Below are positions 25,963 to 34,315 of a stretch of DNA of 64,000 nt, piece by piece. Positions within the stretch are counted from its first letter, which is position 1, and each line of letters begins with the position of its first letter. The stretch lies in the sequence record OM386653.1, one strand, 5' to 3'. This DNA comes from Escherichia phage vB_EcoM_ESCO8. The notes under the pieces were generated by a model. That model did no database searches. It was not told the DNA's origin and worked only from the letters and a program-made list of their open reading frames with translations. The translations under genes were made by a program, and so were the position numbers.

Positions 25963-28542
25963 ATGGGAGCTTTTACTTTCGACATTGAAAGTAACAACTT
26001 GCTTAATGACGAAAGTGTAGATTACTTGGCAAGTCCATATCGTTTAAAAGATAGTTTTGCAATGCACTGTATTGTGTGCGAAAGTCATGATACTGGAGAG
26101 ATTATTGCTTTCCATGATGGTGATAAATATCTTTTCGATGGTCGTCCGTATGTTGAGACTGACGGAAAGTATGAATACCGACTGGAGGAATATGAGCATT
26201 TAGAATATACCCATTTCCCTCTTAAAGATTTTCCTGATTTTGTAAATGGAACAGGTAAATTTAAAGGTAATTCAAACTATAAAATTACCAAAGTAGTTGG
26301 ACATAACATCATTAACTTTGACTTACTGGCAATTAAATTATTTTTTAAACTCAACTACAGTATTAAGTACAATACTTGGGGTAATAGTAACATTGAAATT
26401 TGTGATACTATGATCTTAAGTAAGACACTAAACCCTGATCGCTTCGGTGGTCATAGTCTGGCAGAGTTATCTAAGAAAGCTGGAGGGGATGTTAAAATTG
26501 ATTTTAGAAAAAACATTCCTGAAACTGAAAGATTTAAAACATTTGCAGCAGATATGCTGTATTACTGTATTTACGATAACAAAGCTAACACCGCAGTGTT
26601 CCGTTATTTGATGGAAGAGTGGGGTGATTATAACAAGTGGTCTGAACCATTTAACTTAGAACAACGTGTAGCTGATATTATTACACGTCAAGAGCACCGT
26701 GGCTTTGCTTTCAATATGAAACAAGCAGAAGATAATATTCGTGATCTGGATGCTCGAATGGAAGCATGTCGTTTAGAGGCAGAACCTGTGCTACCTCCTA
26801 AACCTGCTACTAAAGGTTATTTGAAATCATTCATTCCACCTAAACTACAGTTTAAAAAGAATGGTGAACCTTCAAGTAACATGATAAAGTTTGCAGAGAA
26901 ACATTCTGGTGAACTTGTACAAAAAGAAGATGGTTGGTGGCTATTTGCATTAGGTAAAGAGTTTAAACTACCTATTCCAGCAGAAGAACCTATTTGTGAT
27001 CCTACAGTACCTGCTACTTTAGACGACACTACACATATTAAAAACTGGTTAGTTGGTTTAGGTTGGAGTCCATCTGAATATAAAGATAAAGATATCACTC
27101 TTAAATCTGGCACTAAGATTAAGAAAGATGAAGCACAAATGGAGAAAGCTATTCGTGACTATGTTGATCAAACATTAGCATCTAACTTCTGCCAGGACAG
27201 ATGTGATCATCTGGAGTGCACACCAGAAACTTTGGAATGGAAACTAAGAGATCGTATTGCTAAAGCTAAAGGTCGTGGTGTTAAAGTGCTTACGAACCCT
27301 TCCTTTACAAAAGGGCAAGAGAAAGATATTTGTCCTAACTTGGAAGCACTAGGTGAAAAGTTTCCTTATGCTACGCAGATTGTGCAGTATCTTACGTATA
27401 AACACCGTAGGAACTCTATTCTAGGGGGTGGTGCTGATTGGGAAGAAGATGAAGAGGATTACGATAAAGGTTATCTGGCAGCAGTAAGGGCTGATGGTCG
27501 TATACCAACTCCTGCTGCAACGTGTGATGCAGCTACGTCTCGTATGAAACATAGGCTAGTAGCAAATATCCCACGTGTAACATCTCTGTACGGATATGAA
27601 ATGCGTAACTTATTTGGTGTAGAAGTTCCAAAATACTTCCAAATTGGTTATGACTTTGATTCTCTTGAGGCAAAAATAGAATCACACTACTGTTGGCGGT
27701 ACGAGCAGGAACCACACGAATATTGTAATGCTCTGTTATTGGAAAAACCTAATGACGTTCATACAATGATGGCTCGACGTATTTCTGACACTATTGGTCG
27801 TAAGTTTGAACGAAGCCCTGCTAAATCTGTTAAGTATGGTATTACTTATGGTGCTCAAGCTGCAAAAGTAGCAAAAACTATAGGTAGTGATATGTATACA
27901 GGACAGCTTGTATACGATGCTTTCTGGGAAGCTGCAAAACCTCTTGCGCTTCTTAAAGAACGTCTGCATGACTTTTGGGTTAAAACAGGTAAGAAATACA
28001 TTCTGGGTATTGATGGTAGGAAAGTACCTACACGATCTGCACACGCAATACTTAACTCTCTGTTCCAGAGTGGTGGTGTTATTTGTGCAAAAAGAGCAAT
28101 GGTTATCTACGACGATCTTATCGAAGAAGAAGGATTAGCTGTTGACTTTTTTGTTGATGACTGGAAAAATAAGTCATTCGTTCAACAAATGATTGCATAT
28201 CACGATGAAGCACAGCTTGAAGTAACTCGTGATCTGGTGCATTTTAAATGGTTCTCTAAAGAATCTTTAGGTTGGACTCAAGTTGATGATCCAGAAGAAC
28301 AAAAGAAAATTGATAAAGAATGTTTGGATAAAGTTAATGCCTGGAAAGAAGAGGAAGAGAAACGTACTGGCAAGATTTGGGCTAACGTACATGAATCTCC
28401 GAAAGGTGGTTGGTTTACAGCCTACAGTCGTGCTGGAGAATTAGCATCTATCGCTGTTAATAAAGCTGGTGAGTATTACAATCTTAATGTACCTCTCACT
28501 GCTGGTTACGATGTTGGTAACTCATGGGCGTCTTGTCACTGA
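25963..28542 (+). CDS. DNA polymerase, family A (T7-like) with 3'-5' exonuclease domain
   Basis: Exo I FDIESNN; Pol A motif A YDFDSLEAKI, motif B RSPAKSVKYGITYG, motif C HDE (AYHDEAQ). Confidence 0.9.
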   Translation: MGAFTFDIESNNLLNDESVDYLASPYRLKDSFAMHCIVCESHDTGEIIAFHDGDKYLFDGRPYVETDGKYEYRLEEYEHLEYTHFPLKDFPDFVNGTGKFKGNSNYKITKVVGHNIINFDLLAIKLFFKLNYSIKYNTWGNSNIEICDTMILSKTLNPDRFGGHSLAELSKKAGGDVKIDFRKNIPETERFKTFAADMLYYCIYDNKANTAVFRYLMEEWGDYNKWSEPFNLEQRVADIITRQEHRGFAFNMKQAEDNIRDLDARMEACRLEAEPVLPPKPATKGYLKSFIPPKLQFKKNGEPSSNMIKFAEKHSGELVQKEDGWWLFALGKEFKLPIPAEEPICDPTVPATLDDTTHIKNWLVGLGWSPSEYKDKDITLKSGTKIKKDEAQMEKAIRDYVDQTLASNFCQDRCDHLECTPETLEWKLRDRIAKAKGRGVKVLTNPSFTKGQEKDICPNLEALGEKFPYATQIVQYLTYKHRRNSILGGGADWEEDEEDYDKGYLAAVRADGRIPTPAATCDAATSRMKHRLVANIPRVTSLYGYEMRNLFGVEVPKYFQIGYDFDSLEAKIESHYCWRYEQEPHEYCNALLLEKPNDVHTMMARRISDTIGRKFERSPAKSVKYGITYGAQAAKVAKTIGSDMYTGQLVYDAFWEAAKPLALLKERLHDFWVKTGKKYILGIDGRKVPTRSAHAILNSLFQSGGVICAKRAMVIYDDLIEEEGLAVDFFVDDWKNKSFVQQMIAYHDEAQLEVTRDLVHFKWFSKESLGWTQVDDPEEQKKIDKECLDKVNAWKEEEEKRTGKIWANVHESPKGGWFTAYSRAGELASIAVNKAGEYYNLNVPLTAGYDVGNSWASCH

Positions 28543-28569
28543 CATCTCTTTGATTTTAAAGGAGTTTTT

Positions 28570-29166
28570 ATGCTTACCGTATATGGTGAAGGTATTAATG
28601 ATTTGGAAGGCGAGAGTACGCTACCTGGTAGTAAGAAACTAACGCCGCATTATATGAAATGGATGGCTATGTTGGGGAGGTGTTACTCCCCTTGTCAACA
28701 AGAACGTGATCCTTGTTATAATGGGGTGACGGTTTGTGAAGAATGGAAACTGTTCTCCAATTTCTACTCCTGGTTGCAAACTTGGGATAACTGGGAAAAC
28801 TTAGAACTTGATAAAGATATTATAGGAGGGAGAGTTTACTCTCCCGATACCTGTCTTTTAGTAACAGGAGATCTTAACAAGTTCTTAGCTTATAGAGTAA
28901 GTAAAAGATCTCATGGGACTATGGTAGGATGTAGTTACGAAAAAGATCGTAAAAAGTATAAAGCCCATATTCAACGTGATGGACGTATTATAACGCTGGG
29001 ACGTTTTAATACTGAAATTGAAGCGCATCTTTGCTGGTTGAAAGCTAAGGCAGAGCAGCTTACAAAATTCTTTGAAACTGAAGATGAAAGAGTTGTTCCA
29101 CATCTTAAAGCACTATATAATGAAATGCTTGAGTATGTAGAACAACACAAAGAGTGGACACGATAG
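28570..29166 (+). CDS. homing-endonuclease-like protein with AP2-type DNA-binding domain
   Basis: C-terminal block YKAHIQRDGRIITLGRFNTEIEAHLCWLKAKAE resembles AP2 domains of phage homing endonucleases; sits between DNA polymerase and the next gene. Confidence 0.4.
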   Translation: MLTVYGEGINDLEGESTLPGSKKLTPHYMKWMAMLGRCYSPCQQERDPCYNGVTVCEEWKLFSNFYSWLQTWDNWENLELDKDIIGGRVYSPDTCLLVTGDLNKFLAYRVSKRSHGTMVGCSYEKDRKKYKAHIQRDGRIITLGRFNTEIEAHLCWLKAKAEQLTKFFETEDERVVPHLKALYNEMLEYVEQHKEWTR

Positions 29167-29174
29167 GAGAAAAT

Positions 29175-29768
29175 ATGAATATTGAAGATCAAAAAGTACG
29201 AGCTTTAGAAGTATTACGTATGTGCCAACTGGTAGATCCGTTTGCAATTGTAGCTGGCGGCGCTGTACGTGATTGGCGATTAGAGAAACCTGCGCAAGAT
29301 ATTGACATTTACTTGCGTATGCCTAACCACAATACACTCGTACTAGTAGAGAAATTTTTGATGTTGGGTGTTGGTGCACGTAATGTTAAACAACTTACTA
29401 AGCAAACAGAACACACTTATGCCGAACTACCACATTTGAAATGGGTATTTGAAGCATACTATAAAGATCTTAAGTTTAACTTTATGATCATGGAAGAGGG
29501 TGTACGCAGTGAAATCGTATGGAACTTTGATGTGGCTATTTGCCTGTGTTACTGGGATGGTCAAAATTATGTATATCATCCAGACTTTGAATTTGCACTG
29601 AAAACTAATATTTGTACTATTAATCACCGATACACAGGTAAGGAAGCACACGTCCGTAAAATGGCAGAACGTTTCCCTATGTTCCGCTTTGTAAAAGACG
29701 TTTTCATTCCCAAAGAACCAGAAGTACGTACACTGGATTCATTTAACAACGAAGAATTTAAGATTTAA
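29175..29768 (+). CDS. Pol-beta-superfamily nucleotidyltransferase, CCA-adding/poly(A) polymerase head-domain-like
   Basis: Motif AIVAGGAVRDW followed by DIDIYL (GGxVRD ... DxD); only about 197 aa, so head domain only; start at ATG 29175 behind AGGAGA. Confidence 0.5.
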   Translation: MNIEDQKVRALEVLRMCQLVDPFAIVAGGAVRDWRLEKPAQDIDIYLRMPNHNTLVLVEKFLMLGVGARNVKQLTKQTEHTYAELPHLKWVFEAYYKDLKFNFMIMEEGVRSEIVWNFDVAICLCYWDGQNYVYHPDFEFALKTNICTINHRYTGKEAHVRKMAERFPMFRFVKDVFIPKEPEVRTLDSFNNEEFKI

Positions 29769-29771
29769 GTG

Positions 29772-29801
29772 TTGACAAACATTATAATTATGTGTTATTA
29801 T
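29772..29801 (+). promoter_or_regulatory. sigma70-like promoter (TTGACA-18-TGtTATTAT, extended -10)
   Basis: -35 at 29772-29777, TG at 29793-29794, -10 at 29796-29801; precedes ORF 29812. Confidence 0.5.
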
Positions 29802-29811
29802 GAGGACTTGA

Positions 29812-30210
29812 ATGACAGATAATCGTTCTAAAATCTTAGTCGAGACGTTCTACAGTAGAGAAACTAACCGTCTTGAGCTAACTAAAAAAGATGTTGAACC
29901 TCAAGATAATACCTTTTTTATTCAAATACTATGTCTCTTTGGTGGATACAACCGTTTAACAGTGCGGGTAGAAAACAAAGAGATATCTGAAACCACTATC
30001 ACAAAACGTGAGCTTATGTTACTACAGGATACAATACGAGATGTTTTGGATAATCCTGGAAAAGCAAAAGTAATTAACCTTGGTGGAGAAAAGATACAAA
30101 TCCTCCATTTCGAAAGTGGTGAAATAGGATTTGGTATTGGTCTTGGTAAATACCTGTTGGAAGAAACTGACGCTACTCTTTTACGAGAGTTTTGTGTTAA
30201 AGTAATGTAA
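29812..30210 (+). CDS. hypothetical protein
   Basis: 132-aa ORF downstream of the promoter. Confidence 0.45.
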   Translation: MTDNRSKILVETFYSRETNRLELTKKDVEPQDNTFFIQILCLFGGYNRLTVRVENKEISETTITKRELMLLQDTIRDVLDNPGKAKVINLGGEKIQILHFESGEIGFGIGLGKYLLEETDATLLREFCVKVM

Positions 30211-30226
30211 TTATAGAGGAGAATTT

Positions 30227-31174
30227 ATGCCAGTAATTAATTCTGAAATCGACCGTCGTACTAAAAAAGAAGCATTCTGGGCTGAAGGTATCGTTGAATA
30301 TGTCAAACTGGATAAGTTTGATGAAATGAAAGTCTCTTATATTAAGGTTGCAGGTCAGCCAGATAAGAAAATTGAATCAACTCACAAAGCATCTCTGCTT
30401 ATTAAAGAGAAAGGTGCTAGTGCTGATGATAAAGGTGTTTGGGTTAGCCTAGGTGAAGTTAAACTGCATCCAGAACATGAAAACCTGCAAGTTAAAGATG
30501 GTGACAAGTGGGTTACTATCGAAAAAGGTGTAGAACTAACTATGGATGTTAAACCTTCTGAATGGAATGGCAAAACATACTACAATTCCTCTAAAGGTAA
30601 AATCACTATTCTTTCAACAGAAGGTGTTCAGCAAGCACAATCTTCTTCAAAAGGTGGAAATAAGCCATCTAATAACGAAGGTAGCAAGCCTAACTACAAA
30701 AAACGTGATACCGTAGGGATTGAAACAGGACACGCTGTAAACGGCGCTCTGGAGCTTCTACGTGCTGGTGTGAAAGGTGATGCTTTCGACTTGGCTGGTG
30801 TGGTACAATCTGCAACTGTTACTCTGAAAGCAGAAATTGCTAAAGATCGTGGCGTTGATGTGACTGACTATGATCTTGGTGCTTCAGTTGGACACGCAAT
30901 TCTTAACGCTTGTCGTGATCATACAGGTAAAACTGTAACGGCAGAAGAGATTATTGAAGCTGCTCGTGAAGTTCTTGCTTTGTCTGATAAAGTAGCTGCT
31001 GCTATCCGTGGAATGTCTACCCCAGTACAAGAAGTTAAGAAAGAAACTAAAAAAGTAGAGAAGAAAGAGCCAGCACCGAAAGAACCAGAACCTGTTGTTC
31101 AAGATTTCGATGATGATATCCCATTTGCTCCTATTGGTTTGCAGTATGGTCGAAACTTCCTGCACTGTTTCTAA
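30227..31174 (+). CDS. SSB-like protein carrying an E. coli SSB C-terminal tip motif (DFDDDIPF) followed by a 15-aa extension
   Basis: Acidic, Pro-rich linker ...KKEPAPKEPEPVVQDFDDDIPF then APIGLQYGRNFLHCF; N-terminal region compatible with an OB fold but not confirmed. Confidence 0.35.
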   Translation: MPVINSEIDRRTKKEAFWAEGIVEYVKLDKFDEMKVSYIKVAGQPDKKIESTHKASLLIKEKGASADDKGVWVSLGEVKLHPEHENLQVKDGDKWVTIEKGVELTMDVKPSEWNGKTYYNSSKGKITILSTEGVQQAQSSSKGGNKPSNNEGSKPNYKKRDTVGIETGHAVNGALELLRAGVKGDAFDLAGVVQSATVTLKAEIAKDRGVDVTDYDLGASVGHAILNACRDHTGKTVTAEEIIEAAREVLALSDKVAAAIRGMSTPVQEVKKETKKVEKKEPAPKEPEPVVQDFDDDIPFAPIGLQYGRNFLHCF

Positions 31175-31198
31175 TAGTTAAATATTGTGTAAATATAA

Positions 31199-31222
31199 GG
31201 AGCCTAACGGCTCCTTTTCTTT
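31199..31222 (+). terminator. intrinsic terminator (ggagcc-TAAC-ggctcc) plus T-tract
   Basis: 6-bp stem followed by ttttctttg after the SSB-like gene. Confidence 0.6.
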
Positions 31223-31234
31223 GAAGGAGATATA

Positions 31235-31966
31235 ATGAGCGAATTTGTAAACAACACCGCGTTAAACTACCTGCAAACCCTCGAAAGCAATAGTGTAGAT
31301 TTGATTCTTACTGACCCACCATATGCTATTTCTCGTGACACAAATTTTCAATCTGGAGAGCCTACTGGAAAAGATACAGATAGATTCCGTGTATCTTACA
31401 ACTTTGGGGATTGGGATGTTGTAGATATTCCTTACTTTAAAGAAGTATTCAAAGAAGCCTATAGGGTGCTTAGAAAAGGTGGTACTTGCATAGTTTGGTA
31501 TGATATCTGGAAGATCCAGGAGCTACGTGAAATCCTTGAACCGCTTGGTTTTCGTATGTTCCGTACTATTGAATGGATTAAAACAAACCCTGTACCCATC
31601 AACAGTGGTGTTAACTACCTTAGTAACGCTAAAGAGATGGCTATTGTTTGTGTTAAAGGTTCTAAGCCAACCTTCAATGCCTCCTACCACAAGGGTGTGT
31701 TTGAGTATCCTATCTATCAAGGAGCAGATCGTTTTCATCCGACACAAAAACACTTGACTTTGTTTTGTGACCTTATTAATATACATACCAACGAAGGAGA
31801 TGTAGTCTTAGACTTCTTCTCTGGAAGTGCAACAACACAAGTTGCGGCACTTTTAACAGGTAGAGAATACTTAGGCTGTGAAGCCGATGTAAATATTTTT
31901 AAGCAAGCGGAGGAACGACTAAATGAGTACACTGAACAGCAAAATCACCCTGAAAGCACTGATTAA
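31235..31966 (+). CDS. DNA methyltransferase, beta-class (N6-adenine or N4-cytosine)
   Basis: Motif IV ILTDPPYA near the N-terminus and AdoMet motif I VVLDFFSGSATT near the C-terminus (IV-before-I order). Confidence 0.75.
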   Translation: MSEFVNNTALNYLQTLESNSVDLILTDPPYAISRDTNFQSGEPTGKDTDRFRVSYNFGDWDVVDIPYFKEVFKEAYRVLRKGGTCIVWYDIWKIQELREILEPLGFRMFRTIEWIKTNPVPINSGVNYLSNAKEMAIVCVKGSKPTFNASYHKGVFEYPIYQGADRFHPTQKHLTLFCDLINIHTNEGDVVLDFFSGSATTQVAALLTGREYLGCEADVNIFKQAEERLNEYTEQQNHPESTD

Positions 31967-32354
31967 CAACGGTATGAACCTGGACTCTGGTCTGTCTCCA
32001 AAGATTTCTATGGCACGACTAGAACAAGTTACTGGTCTTCGTCAAGTAAGTAATGGCGGTAAGATTATTCGTGATGACGCTGTACCTTTTAATAAATTTC
32101 AGATTGAACGTCATTACGATCCTGTAACTGCAAGTCTCACTGGTGTAACTTTCTCAGGTTATCGTACTGCCGGATACCAACGTAAGGTTGTAGCTGAACG
32201 TATTAAAAATCGCAAACAGAAAATTGCAACATTGAAGAAACTAGTAGAGAAAGATGTTTCAGAACTTCTTAACCTGTATGAAACTCTTGAGACAAAAGGT
32301 GAAGATCATAAACTCTTCTCTAAAGAAGATGTGAGCGTAATTTTCACTGATTAA
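31923..32354 (+). CDS. hypothetical protein
   Basis: 143-aa ORF behind GGAGGA; overlaps the methyltransferase 3' end in another frame. Confidence 0.4.
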   Translation: MSTLNSKITLKALINNGMNLDSGLSPKISMARLEQVTGLRQVSNGGKIIRDDAVPFNKFQIERHYDPVTASLTGVTFSGYRTAGYQRKVVAERIKNRKQKIATLKKLVEKDVSELLNLYETLETKGEDHKLFSKEDVSVIFTD

Positions 32355-32361
32355 GATAAAA

Positions 32362-32385
32362 GAAAAGGAGCCTATTGGCTCCTTT
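32362..32385. terminator. bidirectional terminator (aaaaggagcc-TATT-ggctcctttt) between the convergent blocks
   Basis: Perfect 10-bp inverted repeat with its own A/T tracts, placed between the last plus-strand and last minus-strand gene. Confidence 0.7.
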
Positions 32386-32389
32386 TTGT

Positions 32390-34276
32390 TTATGTAACAT
32401 TGACTGTAAATCTGACAAGAGGTGATAACACGTCATTATCAGCATCATAGTGTGCAACATCAAACACTGCTGTACCTGCTGCAAACCCGTATTGTTCAAC
32501 CTGATCTGCATAAGTAAATGTGTAAGTGTTAGTATCAAGAGTTTGTTCTGTAAGAATTGCTGCTGTGAGGACGTTTACATTTCGGAAGTAATGTTTGGTA
32601 TATCCTGCTGGTTCCCAAGAAATAATTGCATCTTGGTTAGCTTGTCTTACAGCGGCTCCTCCTGTTGGAACAGACATATCAACCCAAACAGGTGGTGTTG
32701 ATGTTAAATCTGTACCGTCTGCTGCTGATTTAGCAAGTTTTGTAGCTGCTGTTTGATATACAGAAGAAATATAATGGATACGACCATCAATACCTTCTTC
32801 ATAAACATAACCACTGTAACGTTCAGCACCATCTACCCAAGAACCAATGATAACATCATCACGTGCTGTAGAGATGGTTCTTTGTACATTTCTGTACTTC
32901 TGCCAATCCACACCATTAACTTCTACACCATATAAATAAGAACGTCCTAGGATCTGCCAAACAATTTTTGCTTGAGAAGCAGGAACTATTGTACGCATCT
33001 TATCAAAGATAGCTATCGTAGCATCATGGTAACGTGTAGTGTTACTGTACCTACCTGCAACAGTCGAAGATGCTGATACAGCATCATTTTCACCTTGTCC
33101 CCAAATAATTGCTTTAACCTTACTTGCATAAGGTGTGACTTTAGTGATAAAGTTAGTTAAGCATGGCCCATCTGCTGTGTTATCCAGATCATACCAGTAG
33201 TTGTCTGGTGTACCTGTTCCAGCTTTATCGTCAGCATATTTATCTGCTGCTGATGATCCAGAAGCTGTATTTAACGGAAGAACTTCAGCATTTGCTAAAC
33301 CACGTTGCGTAGCATATGCATTACGGGTTGTTGTGCTACTCATTACTGCTTTATTTGCACCAGATAATTCTGTAAAGTGTGCATTTACGTTATCTTGTCC
33401 AGCAAAGACAATAACTTCTTTAATGAACGAATCATCTGTAGCTATTGAGTTATTAAAGATAACGGCTGCTGCTTTGGTGCTCTTAACGCTAATTTTAAGG
33501 TATGTTGGAGCAAACCCATAAAGAGGAATAGAGTCAGAGATATCAAAGTAAGCGTAAGTATTCGTGGTTGTTGTAGTCCACTGAACACTATTATCACTTA
33601 AATCTAATACTTCTACAGTATAAGTATCACCGTCTAGTGGATCAGTTACATCCCAAGCAACACGAACGTCTCCATAACTGTTTGCCACGGCTGTTACATT
33701 AGAAATAACAGGAATAGCATTAACACCTAAATAAGAACTATCAGAGGCCACAACTGTTCCTTGATACGTTGCAGTACAACCTATACGGCAATTGCCATCT
33801 TTAAGAGCAGTTATTAATCCTGTAGGGCTTACAGTAGCTACTTCTGGATCTGTTGTGGTGTATGTAATTACCATATCTGGAAGGTCTTTAGCACCTTCTG
33901 GACTGATTGTAGCAACCAACTGTTGAGTAGTGCCTACATCCATAGCCGATAGACTTTCAGTGTACACACTTAATTCTGAAGCATAACCACCAGATTGATC
34001 AGTTAAGACAGCACCTAAATTATTTTTAGCTGTCATTATTGCATCAAAACCACCTTCAGCAACAAACTCCATCATACCATTATTATCTATAACCATTTTG
34101 GTATTATCTGAAGATGAAAAAGCTATATCAAATAACGCACCATCTTCGGGTGTAACTGTATATGTCAGTTGTTTTTTACTACCAACTATTGCAATGCCAA
34201 TAGAGGAAGTGGTTATAGATGTAGCTGTTACTACTGAAGCTGATGTTGTTGACATAAATAAAGGAATAGGATACAT
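32390..34276 (-). CDS. tail-associated protein with Ig-like (Big_2-type) domains and a SASA/SGNH-like carbohydrate-esterase-like domain
   Basis: Big_2-like pattern VITYTTTDPEVATVSPTGLITALKDGNCRIGCTA; esterase-like blocks VIVFAGQDNVNA and AIIWGQGENDAVS (compare SASA GQSNM and QGESD). Confidence 0.5.
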   Translation of the reverse strand: MYPIPLFMSTTSASVVTATSITTSSIGIAIVGSKKQLTYTVTPEDGALFDIAFSSSDNTKMVIDNNGMMEFVAEGGFDAIMTAKNNLGAVLTDQSGGYASELSVYTESLSAMDVGTTQQLVATISPEGAKDLPDMVITYTTTDPEVATVSPTGLITALKDGNCRIGCTATYQGTVVASDSSYLGVNAIPVISNVTAVANSYGDVRVAWDVTDPLDGDTYTVEVLDLSDNSVQWTTTTTNTYAYFDISDSIPLYGFAPTYLKISVKSTKAAAVIFNNSIATDDSFIKEVIVFAGQDNVNAHFTELSGANKAVMSSTTTRNAYATQRGLANAEVLPLNTASGSSAADKYADDKAGTGTPDNYWYDLDNTADGPCLTNFITKVTPYASKVKAIIWGQGENDAVSASSTVAGRYSNTTRYHDATIAIFDKMRTIVPASQAKIVWQILGRSYLYGVEVNGVDWQKYRNVQRTISTARDDVIIGSWVDGAERYSGYVYEEGIDGRIHYISSVYQTAATKLAKSAADGTDLTSTPPVWVDMSVPTGGAAVRQANQDAIISWEPAGYTKHYFRNVNVLTAAILTEQTLDTNTYTFTYADQVEQYGFAAGTAVFDVAHYDADNDVLSPLVRFTVNVT

Positions 34277-34295
34277 TTAATCTCCTTAAACAATA

Positions 34296-34311
34296 AGCCC
34301 CCGAAGGGGCT
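34296..34311 (-). terminator. hairpin (agcccc-TTCG-ggggct on the minus strand) between fibre genes
   Basis: GC stem with tetraloop after the 34316-36277 stop, followed by a weak T-rich stretch before the next RBS. Confidence 0.4.
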
Positions 34312-34315
34312 TTGA

